A stretch of DNA of 63,950 bases, the filler included, from Hausera hauseri (lineage: Eukaryota): the NCBI GenBank assembly GCA_046269625.1. It is 12 parts of 12 records of this genome, joined end to end, with 100 filler letters (N's around TTAATTAATTAA, not from the genome) between each part and the next. Parts side by side here need not be neighbours in the genome. Positions count along the whole stretch, not along the records: positions 39,247 to 44,147 come from JBJURY010398367.1; positions 44,248 to 49,527 come from JBJURY010292058.1; positions 49,628 to 54,323 come from JBJURY010471688.1; 9 more parts are not named here. One strand, written 5' to 3'. Positions 39,247 through 50,157 of this stretch are shown in pieces. Every line of letters starts with the position of its first letter. Position 1 is the first letter of the stretch. Below the pieces are notes generated by a model. It made no database searches. It was not told the origin of the DNA and was given only the letters and a program-made list of their open reading frames with translations. Position numbers and translations under genes: made by a program.

Positions 39247-39790
39247 TCTTCTAATCGCATCCCAACTTCCATTCGGGGTTTATGTCGCTGTCTTTCCATA
39301 AACTCAGATAGTTCTTGTACGGTAGATATGATGGCTTCCGTTACATTATTGCCTTTATCTTTTACGACGTATATGTAGGCAATTCTTGATCCATTTCTCA
39401 ATAATTTTGGTTTATTTGTAACATTAGCTATTCGAATAATTACTACTTGTTCTCGAGTATTATTGATCGAGTGAGCAATCCATAATTCGTTTTTGTCCAT
39501 AAAGTTTATGTTAGGTTCAATATAGATATCACCTTAATCTCTTCCTTCTACTAGGGCTTTAAGCACAACTTTCGTTCTGGCTGGTATTAATATCTCCTCT
39601 TTAATGGATACTGTATCCTTCTTTCCATTTTTCGTTTTTCGATATGATTGAATTTGCTGCATTTTTAACTTTGACAAAGTGTCGCAACGGAGTATTGCTT
39701 CTCCCATTAATTGGCCTGCTGTCCTGAAATCTTGTTCGAATTTTTGATCTAAAACTTTAGTTTCGCATTTTATCAAATCTCTTTGTGGTG
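39247..39790 (-). mobile_element. Gypsy pol fragment (protease-RT spacer region)
   Basis: ILIPARTKVVL..GDIYIEP..LWIAHSI..IRIANVTNKPKLLRNGSRIA matches the typical beta-rich spacer of Gypsy pol. Confidence 0.6.
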
Positions 39791-39925
39791 CCCACAGCGG
39801 TCGGCGCCCTTTGGCCCATTTGGTTGGGCACGGCCAGGCGTCCGTTATCGCCGCGTCGGATCCATAGTCGGGCCCAATCTTCCTACTCCTTGCTTTAATA
39901 ATTTAATGTTTTACATTTTTTCAGG

Positions 39926-41220
39926 ATAAAAATTCATTTATTTCACTTTTACTTCTATCTGTTTACGTTGCTGGAAACGAGATAAGTTTATAAGATTCTA
40001 GACAGCGAAGCAGTATCTCATTGCGTTAGACGGCTAAATTGAGCCTCATCAGTTCGTTGCTCATCAAAACACTATGGAAACATTAGAGTCGTTCAAATCA
40101 TTTACAACATACCAGATCTGAATGACAAAACGATGGACATAAAAGAAGACTCGGTCACCGTATTAAGCGCCGATTTATTCATAAATATTAGTATTCATCG
40201 GACACTATTCAGCAATAAGTACGTCACAGGTATTCTTGTTTTGAAAAGGATATTCGCAATTCATCCGGTGTTAATCTATCATCATTTCCGAAGATTACAT
40301 TCTCCCAAATTCGAAATTTTCTTACAATCTGAATTACTCGTTCAATCCGTCTGGAACGGCATTTGGATTTAAAAATTGGCCGCACGAAGCTATTGAATGC
40401 TACCGAAATTTTAATTTGAATCCAAAAACAAATCGGAGATGGGCATTGGAAATTAGAAACTTTATGGCCGGTGTACGAAATGCCAAAGTTTGCGATGAAA
40501 ACAAAAGTTACAAGACCTATTTGCAGGTATATTTCATCCGGTTAACTTTTGCAGTGATCATTCCGGGATGAATTACATGATCCATTCAATAGCCCATGTT
40601 ACGAACAGGGAACATAAATCCGTTATTGTTTTGATTTCCCGACTGGTTTCGTCGTCAACGTTTGAAAAATCGGCATTCAGTGTCAACGAGACTATTACGT
40701 CAACGGCGTTTACGTTGTCCGTCATGAAATTGTTGTCGTCTCAACCAGACTTCAAGACATGGAAAAAATTAAAGAAAGACATTCTGTACCTTTTGATTGA
40801 TAATGAATTATACGATTACCTCGGATCGACACGTTTCTTCATGGATTTAGAACAAGGTCATATTGCGAAATCGTCGTCATCACCAATAAACCTATCGCAT
40901 TTTGACCTTTTATTAGAATTCGGTGAACTCGGATTTTTGAATTTTCCGACGTAAGTTTCTTCTAGCCAACGTTTCACAATTAGACAAACATTGAAAATAG
41001 AAAAGCAGCTGTGATTAATGGTTTATTAAAAGAAATGAAAACTTCGGTTTACAAAACGTCAATTCCGTTCCTTACATCGGGTTGCCTCCATGAGTGATGA
41101 CGTATGAAATTCATTGAGTGTGGTACTTGGTTTTTTATGTTGCTGGATTTACCGGCCTTTTTTGTAAATCGTATATTATGAAGTTGTGGTGTTTAAAAAA
41201 AAACAATAAATGCAGTTTTC
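39926..41220 (+). pseudogene. NCSTN: Nicastrin (gamma-secretase subunit) pseudogene, apparently intronless
   Basis: CVRRLN*..VRCSS..GNIRVV; FNPSGT; CY..FN; ISRLVSSSTF; ELYDYLGSTRFFMDLEQG (DYIGS motif); LLEFGELG; GLPP; then a TM-like segment. Confidence 0.85.
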
Positions 41221-41439
41221 AATTTGAAATTTTTGTCTATACCATATTACATTTTCTACTTATATTGGATTTCTCCATTTTGAAGATTCGGCAATTTTAA
41301 TCTGACTTTTATTTCGATATATTTGCAAAGAATTTGTTTTTTATTATCAGATTTTATTCTAGCTTTATTGAATCAATTCCATTTTATAAAACACTGCATA
41401 AAGTGTGGATAAGCAGTAATTTGGTCTGATAACTCCCAA

Positions 41440-42042
41440 ATGCACTTAAATCGAAAGGCAAATGAAACAGACGAATATATTGCCCAAAAGCTTCGAAAAT
41501 CATTACACATAACGGATAGTATGGTTATTCTGCCGGATGAACAACCAAATATGACAGTAGAAGACCCGGAATTGTATGTTAAGTCATCGTACAACGTATC
41601 CGACCAGTGTTTTCTAATGTGTGACGAAGAATATTATGGTGGTCTATGTTTACATGAATTAACTCGTGACAAATATTTATACGTACCAATACAGTCGTTA
41701 ATTGACGTTGAAGTTAAATTATTTTCATTTGAATATAATTACATACTTTCGGCCAGTCTCAAGCCCTCGGATCCTCGACAAATGGAATCGTTAGATAAAA
41801 AATTTATGGTCCAAAATAAATATGGTGTGCAAATTGTCAGTTTTCACCAAAAGAAAACTAGTAAAGCACAAGACGAGAGTGCTCTACAGGTATACATTCC
41901 TCAAATGACAGATCTTAAAAGTAAAGGAAAAATTCGACTTGCTGCATATATGTTCGGCTATAGACGAACCAACACTCTTACCTGTACTTTTGTTCCAAAT
42001 TCTCCGACTTTTTTCTTTCATTTGTGGAATGTCCGAAAGTAA
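41440..42042 (+). CDS. Hypothetical protein; 3' end probably truncated by the convergent element
   Basis: 200-aa open frame with globular composition; family not recognised. Confidence 0.45.
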   Translation: MHLNRKANETDEYIAQKLRKSLHITDSMVILPDEQPNMTVEDPELYVKSSYNVSDQCFLMCDEEYYGGLCLHELTRDKYLYVPIQSLIDVEVKLFSFEYNYILSASLKPSDPRQMESLDKKFMVQNKYGVQIVSFHQKKTSKAQDESALQVYIPQMTDLKSKGKIRLAAYMFGYRRTNTLTCTFVPNSPTFFFHLWNVRK

Positions 42043-43650
42043 CGTTCTTCGCTTTTACTTTGAGCAGTAACTGTCTTTGGTATTCGCAGAATGAGTTTGA
42101 GGAGAATTTGTTTTGTTTACTTTCTTCACTGGAGGTATATTTTCGTCATCATGAGAGCCACTCTTATTTTTATTCTTTTCTTTCCACTCGGCATCCTTTT
42201 TCATTAAAAAGCAACTGGCTATAGATGGGATCAGTGCATATATAATTTTTCATGTGCATCCGGCAGCTTGTTTTATGCTATATCCTTTTGTTGCCATTGT
42301 AAGAATTGCTTTTATGAAGGCAAATATATAGTAAAATCCCAACCATCCAGAATTGACTTGACCGAACCACATGTATCATCCCCATGCTGTGGCGAATATC
42401 TTTCGCAATTCGCTTTGCGTAATTGAGTCCCATTAAGTTTGCCAAAATAGCTTTACCAGTATGATTTGCTAACACTTTCATAGCCATTTCTGTTGACTTT
42501 TTGTCTCTGTTGAGGAAATATCATCATTTTCTGTGATTTTCTATGTCTTGCTGCGAATATACACCCATCTTTACTAAGTCTGTTAGTGGTTTATACGTTT
42601 GTTCAGTCTTCAGATTGATTAGACCGATCCTTTTGGGTTAACCAAGATAGATAAAAGTTTGGCTGTTGATTTCATTGTCTTTGTTGCTGGTGATGCAGGA
42701 TTTTCTATTGGTCTCTGAGAAACATGTACTGACTCTTGTATTGTTACCTGAACCAGGCTATTAATCAATCCACCTCTACATTTTACCCATTCTTCTACAT
42801 TAACTTTCAATGCTCTTGTGGCAATTTCTATGTCTCTTTCTGTTTCTTCTTGGCTTGCATTTACACCATTCATTACCATTATTTTATATAAGAGATAGGA
42901 CACAGCTGTCACAGTGTTACTTCTGAATATACCAGTTCCTATCATTTTCGATAATATATCTCTTTCTTGTATCTTGTTTATTCTCTTATCAGCAGGAATA
43001 TCTGAAAATTACTAACTAATATTTGCTGTTTCATTTCTGATATTTTGAATTAGTGAATTTGGTATTTGCAAGTTCGTGTTAAACTCAACAAAGGCATTAT
43101 TCATTCTTGCTAATAGGGTTTGCCGTAATGTTGCCAGCGAGACATTACCTGCATCATACTTATCTTTAGTTGTTAGCGATCTTCGAACGACTTCATCATC
43201 TCTCGCCTCCTTGCCTTTTAATTGATAAAGTTTCATCGTTCCTTTGGGTCTACCTCGACTCCTTTTGTCAGTTTGAATCTGTTCTGATATACGAATATTT
43301 GTTTCCATTCCTGTCTGTTGAACTGCATTATATAGTTCAGCTTCCTGTATCTCTTTTTGTCTAACTGTGGAAATAATCTCATCTATTACCTCTTTTTCAC
43401 TTTGTTTAAAGGTAATGCAAACATGATTATATTTATTCTCCCACATGACTACTTCGTATATGGTTTCGTAATCCAACAACGTTCGTCCGTAAAAACGTAG
43501 TTCCTATTCTCCTCGAGGTTGAATTACTTCGTTGATCCTGTGTTTTAATACAGCTACTGTATCAACGCTTTTATCCTTAGGGCATGAAAATCCTGATTAT
43601 ACTGTTGGAGAGTAACTATTATTTCTGGATTTTCTCCTACCGTCCTTATT
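42000..43650 (-). pseudogene. Decayed A-rich long frame with a ubiquitin-like domain and an AT-hook
   Basis: EIIVTLQQ..FHALRIK/VDTVAVLKHRINEV..E*ELRFYGRTLLDYETI (Ubl, ~43625-43410); KRSRGRPKG (AT-hook); continues through ORFs 43012, 42619 and 42278. Confidence 0.6.
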
Positions 43651-44312
43651 CTGTCCTCATATTGATAAATTATATATCGCACGGAATTCTGATGATGACT
43701 GTTAGCAGTATATACTAACAGCAGGTCTAACAAATTAACAAACTGCAGATGATTAATCGTAGGGGATAATAACGCTGAGAGATCCTGTCTGAATTGAGTT
43801 CAGTCTATTAGTTCTTTATTGGCATAACTCAATATTTTCCGTACTATCTGTGAATTTTGTTATTGTGATCATTCGACATACAGTTATCAGAATTGTGTTC
43901 ATTAAGGCTTACTTTTGTTTCGACTATGTTCTGTAAGATATGAAATATTCCAATTTGGTTCGTTTCGCTTTTGCTTCGGTTAATTCAATAATATTTTTTA
44001 AACAGAATTTTAACTGGAAATTGGACCGCCTAAAGAAATATTAATTATCTTACATCTGTACTGTTAGTAGATTGCGTATCTACCATTCCGACCTCGACGT
44101 CATTCGGTGATTGTAAGACTGAATTATTCATTAGAAATTTATTATAANNNNNNNNNNNNNNNNNNNNNNNNNNNNNNNNNNNNNNNNNNNNTTAATTAAT
44201 TAANNNNNNNNNNNNNNNNNNNNNNNNNNNNNNNNNNNNNNNNNNNNTTCCCGATTGTAAGAAAATATTTTCCTCCATCAATTTAAATTGTGCTGTTACA
44301 TATTACAAACCA

Positions 44313-47300
44313 GTGAACGGTGAACTGAAGGAATTTTTTGGGACACAAATTGAAAATAAAAGAAATAATGCGATGAGATTACAGAATAAAGAACAATCGA
44401 AGAACAAAGATGCGAATTTAGTTGATTCAATAAATTTATTCATCCAAGTGCCAGCTATAAATTTCGAGATGAAATATCACCTTTACAGTGAATTTAATTG
44501 TTTTAAAATTAATAATTACGTACTGGCACAAATTCAGAATTATTTCGAAACAGTTGAAATGCCTGTGTTTCATTGGGAGTTAGAAATAATCTATATAAAA
44601 ATCCCGAAGTTATACTATCGGAAATAGAAGAGTATATGTTAAATTTCAATTGTTTTTATATTCATCAAGAACCTAATAAATTTCGAAAGCAAGAAAATGA
44701 TTATCCTATATCAAAAATAATAAACATGAAATTGAAGAATGTAGAAATGATAAAATTATATAATCTGGTAAATTATTTTATCTATGTCAGAGTGTATTCT
44801 AATGGCGTTATTAAAAAACAATATACATTTGTACTATATGTATATATATTTGTATTAGATAATTGTATTGATCTTAAAGAAATTAGAAATAGTCAATTAC
44901 AAACTCTATGCTTCATCTTCAGTAAAAGAGATCCAACTTGGTCTGGTACTTCCTTTAATAAAATCAGTTTAATAATGGAACTGGTTGACGACGATGGTGA
45001 ATACAAGGGGTGTGTCGTAAGATGCTATGAAGAACATTTGCAAGAGGAAAAGAATTTGAAAAAAGTCATGAGAATTGAAGATTATCAAGACTACTTGAAA
45101 GTCTGGTCGTATTACATTAATTTACTGTTGCAATTGTCAATGTTATTGGTAAACCAAAAAGGTTTTAACATAGCGGCTAATCTTTGGAAAAGAATTTTTT
45201 ACACACACAAGACGATTACTACAGTGAATATATCGATTCTTTATCCGTCAAGTGCTGGTTCTTCATTCAAGTTTAGTATTTCCTTGGATTATCGATATCG
45301 TATTAGCCGGAGCACCTTTGTTGTTCTGATTCAGTGGGTTTTTTACCTTTGCCAGAAATCATGTTTCAATATTAATATGGAATATTATAAAGTAAATTTA
45401 GGATTAAAAGTGAAACACAATCCCATCAGTATCGTTTTATTAACCGATGGCATTACGTTGTACGTATTTCAAGGTGAGTTTTTTAGAATTGTTGGATTTA
45501 ATGAAATGACTGTAAATTCGACTGATACAGCTGAAAATACTCTTTCAACGTCGGATATTGCACTCTTGCAAAACGTGGCAGATTCCGAAAACCAACATCA
45601 TTTTTTGATCATAAACGAAAGCATTGTCGAAAATAATTCAAATACTAAATTCCCAGTTCTTTCTAATGAGAAGGAAAATGATAAACGGCGAGTTGACATT
45701 GATGGTGATGCTGGTATACTAGGCGTATGCGGAACGCAAGAAGACAAAAGTCCCTGGTATACGACTTTTCCTCAAGGAGATGATCCAACTTGTTTAATTT
45801 TGGTTCCGACTCGTGAACTGGCACGGCAAGTCAAAAAAGTAGCCGTTGAATTTTCAGAATATACAAAAGTAAAAATTGCTTGTTGCTACGATGGTTCTGC
45901 TCGCCGAAGCCAATTAATGCAGTTAGGCAGAAGTACAGAAATTGTTATTGCTGCACCTGGTAGTTTAATCGAATTTTTTAGTGATAAGAGTACAAATTTG
46001 CGGCGTTGTACGTATTTGGTTTTGGATGAAGCAAATAGAATGCTGGATGTGGGATTCGAGCCAGATGTTCGAAAAATAGTTTCACAGGTTAGACCAGATC
46101 AGCAAACGCTTATGTGGTCTGCAACATGACCAAAGGAAGTTCAGTCTTTGGCACGAGAATTTCTGCGAGATTACATCAAAGTTAATATTGGTTCTCTTTG
46201 TCTCCACGCCAATTCAAACATTGACCAGAAAGTGGAAATTCTTGAAGAAGAAGAAAAGAATATTCGGCTTCTTGAAATTCTACGAGACAATCGCAGAAAA
46301 CGTGCCTTGGTTTTCGCTGAAACAAAGCGAAAGGTGGGCGATTTATGTTATTTTGTTCGTAAGAGGAGGATTGATTGCTCGACTATGCATGGGGACAAAC
46401 AACAGCGAGAACGCGAACACGTATTGGAAGATTTCCGAGTGGGAAACTGCTATGTGCTAATTGCTACTGACGTTGCTTCCAGGGGTCTAGATATTGATGA
46501 CGTGGAATTTGTGATCAATTACGATTATCCGTCACGGGGAGAGGATTATATACATCGAATAGGTCGAACTGCTCGCAGTGGGAAAAAAGGTGTTGCATAC
46601 ACTTTCTTCAATCCTTCAAAAGACAAATCCAAACAGGCCGGGGAACTCATACGAATTCTCGAAGAAGCTAAAAAAGACGTTCCATTTCTTCTGAAAGAAA
46701 TTGCTATGAAACGTGGCCGTCCTATCAGGAAAAATCGAATTGTCAGGACAGTTGTAAAATCTAAAAGTCCAAAACGTTCTCGAACTCGTTCACGAAGTAA
46801 ACGTCGTTCCAGAAGCATGCGAAGGCGATCGCTTTCTCGAGGTCGAATACGACGTTATTACAGAAAATCTAGGAGTTATTCTTTGTCTAGAAGTAGGAGA
46901 CGACGTCGATCACCAAGTCGCGGAAGAAATCGATCTAGAAGTAGATGTCGATCAAGATCTAGATCTCACAAGAGAAGCCCGCGAAGAGGATATTCAAGCA
47001 GCCCTAGAGGACGTCACAGGTATAGCAGTAGCAGTGGGTCATCAAGTTCGTATTCAAATAGCAGTTCCAGCAGATCAAGCTACAGTTCAAATTCGTGGAA
47101 GCGGTCTCCATCTATTAGATTGCAAAAAAAACCTTCGATTCTTCCCGAGAGCCAACCGCAAGTTACCGAAATCAAAGAAGTAGGTAAACCCTTTGAAACT
47201 TTAACTTTGGATGAAATCCCAGAACCTAGCAGTTCTGTTAATGAAGTCAACACTGTTGTGTCGGCAGAGGAACCTGTGGTAAAGGAGACAGTAGAAGAAT

Positions 47301-49527
47301 CTGTTGAATTACCCGCGAATGGTATTTCCTTATGGCAAAATAATTTTACTGAAGTAGAGGAAGAAGTTACAATGGAAATTGACGATTATCCGAGCAATTT
47401 CAACGATGTTGAAGAAGGAAAAGAGAATCTAAAAAATTTGGATTTAAGTGGATCGAACGACAAATTGGAAAACGAAAGTACTCCTTCAGTCAACAATGAT
47501 AACACTAAAAATTATCGATTAGACGAATCGTCTGTGAACGAGTCGAATCCGGCTATTTCAAATACACCACAGAATTTGGTAAGACAAAAAGAAAGACCAT
47601 CTTTGTTTACCAAAAGTTTAATTTCTGAAAATCTGTTACCGCAGTTTACTAGCGATGTAAATCTGGTCGAATGTGATAAAAAATCTATAAATAGTGAATT
47701 TTATATTAGTAAAGAAAACGTTCGTGATGAACTTTTAAGAGTTCATGGCATTGAACCCAATGATCTAGACGACCAAATGATGGTGTATGAAGCTCTAAGT
47801 CAGTTGAAAACACAGCTGGATAAACCCAATGTTTCTGCTAGTGAAGATCGTGTTCCGGAAATCGGTAATACATCGAATGTTTCAACAAAGCCTCATGCAC
47901 AACATGGTGATGAATCTGTTAAAGCACTGATTTCAGATGATAAAATTAAAAAAGAAAGTACAAAAAGTAAGATAATAGATTCTAAAAACGTAAAAAGTAC
48001 TACAGATAGAAAAAGTACCGATAAAAAATCAGTACCGGTTAAGAAAGAGAAAACTGAATCGTCTAGTCGAAAATCAAATGATACGAGAGATGATAAGAAG
48101 AAAGATAAATATGATAGTCATAATTCTAGTAGAAGAAAAGGTTCTTCTTTAAGTCAGAATGTTGATGAAAAAAGCGATACTGGTACTCGAAAAAAGGAAA
48201 GGGAAGTTGACAAAACCAAATCAGAAAAGAACCAACAAAGTCAAAAGCTGATAAATCAACAGCTACGGATGTTAAGAAGGATGTTCCAACATCGAAACAA
48301 TCAACAAAGATCATTCAAAAGAAAGTTAAATCAATCGTTACGGAAAGTAAACAACATGTTTCAATCAAAGACGAAAATGTATCATCTGAACAAAGCGTAA
48401 ACAAAGAAATATCCGAAACCAGTCAAAATAAAGATGAATTGCCAACAAGTAGTAACGTCACAAGTCAAATAAATTCAAATAAGAAAGAGTTCAATGCAAA
48501 TTCAGTAAGCAAATTCGTTCAGTCAAATGAAAATAGATCTGAATCGGAAAAAGAAAAACCGAAATCCAAATCAAATCCAGATAAAGTAGTGAATAAAGTG
48601 GCAGTGAATATAAATGAAGATAAATTACAACTACATAAAGATGGGGAAAAGGCCGATGTTGATAAAATTAGTCAAGAATCGAATGAAAATAATGGATCGA
48701 TTTTTAATCCGTCGGATAGTCAGATTTATAATAAAAAAGAGAAAAAGAGTAAAATTTGTTTTTCCGGGATTTAAAAGATCGAGTTTCCGACGGCAGATCG
48801 AATTGAATTTAATATCAAAGATATTAAATTACCAGTTGGGGATTATTGGGGAGCGGAAAAATTGGCATTTTGGACCGGAATTGCGAAAATGTCCACTACT
48901 GAAACTAAGTCAAATGGTAAAGTAAATATCGATAAGAACATTGTTGAACCTGATGAAAGTAAAGTCGAAGGAAATGAAAATAAACTTGTGAATGTTAATT
49001 CATCGTATTGTGGAAATATCGAATCAGAAAAGCCAAAAACAAGTAAAAGTGAGGAATCAAAAATCATAAGTAAGAAAGATAGTGGGAAATCGAAGATACA
49101 GAAAGACATTTCAAACACAGTAACATCAAAAGATAATAAAACAATAACTGAACATAATCCAAAAGTAGATAAATCTAAATCTGAAAGTCATTCAAATAAA
49201 TACAAGAAAAATGATAAAGATAAGTCAGAGAAATCTAAGACAACTACAGAAGAATGCAAAGCATCACCGATTAAAAAGGAAAGTATTTTATATAAATGTG
49301 CAAATGGTGATATAAAATTGGAGAATGTGGCTGGTTTATTAGAATGTTTACAACCACATTTTATTGGTGAAATATTTGAGAACTTGAACGAAAAAGTGGA
49401 TGGAAATGATATTCTGAATTGCGTGGTGTCTTATTCTACGAAGGAAAAATGTCGAATATTTGCTATAAGCTGTGAAACATTTTCTGTAATGAGTGTAAAT
49501 CAACTCTGTGACAAGAATGGTGACAGT
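44313..49527 (+). pseudogene. >1700-aa fusion frame: unknown N-terminal domain, DDX5/DDX17(Dbp2)-like DEAD-box helicase, RS domain, long low-complexity tail
   Basis: PTRELARQV, NLRRCTYLVLDEANRMLDVGFEP, MWSAT*PKEV, HGDKQQRER, ATDVASRGLD, YIHRIGRTAR; RS repeats at ~46760-47110. Lesions: frameshift ~44600, TGA 46127, frameshift ~48230, TAA 48772. Confidence 0.88.
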
Positions 49528-49627
49528 NNNNNNNNNNNNNNNNNNNNNNNNNNNNNNNNNNNNNNNNNNNNTTAATTAATTAANNNNNNNNNNNNNNNNN
49601 NNNNNNNNNNNNNNNNNNNNNNNNNNN

Positions 49628-50157
49628 TTCCTGCTCTCAACCAAGCCCGGAAGCATTTCCTGTCAATAGACACGAACCCTGCATTCCACAACAATCACAA
49701 GAAAACAATCATGCCCAAGAACCTACAAGACGCATCCTTTGTCTGGCTCAAAAGCCAACAAAGACACGGTTTTGAACCATACTATACGGGCCCTTACAAG
49801 CTCATAGAAATCACTGAGCATAACGCCAAAATAATACGCGACAACGAGGAACATATAGTCCACTTGTCGAACGTAAAACCAGCATTCGGCTATCACGATT
49901 CCGATACCGAAGATCCTATAGAACAAAACACACCTAGAATGTCAGAAGTAGATAAACTTCGACGAAACTACGAGAAGATTGACCCATTCAATATGGACAA
50001 CCCCGTAGCATTTGACCCAACCCCGGTCCAAACGGAAACAAGTATTGCCCCAACGCCTATACTTCCGGAAACGGAACGTACGATACGCAATCAAACCCCT
50101 GCCGCACCGGTATCGAGTCGCACCAGGAGCGCATCAAAGATACCTAGACTTCACTAA
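49628..50157 (+). mobile_element. Gypsy integrase C-terminal (GPY/F) fragment
   Basis: FVWLK..FEPYYTGPYKLIE..VHLSNVKPAF. Confidence 0.8.

Noticed and set aside
40527-40554. Apparent 28-nt GT..AG mini-intron in nicastrin, and a 15-nt GTAAG..TAG at 40951-40965
   Set aside because: Splicing does not restore the upstream frame. The unspliced sequence already gives the expected Cys-Cys spacing (..HPVNFC ~ NPEIVC), so 1-nt indels explain it better.
46127-46129. TGA at the conserved Trp of SATWP suggesting UGA=Trp recoding
   Set aside because: A single TGG>TGA transition explains it. The same gene uses TGG for Trp and has frameshifts and a TAA, and TGAs elsewhere align to Gly, Cys or Ser.
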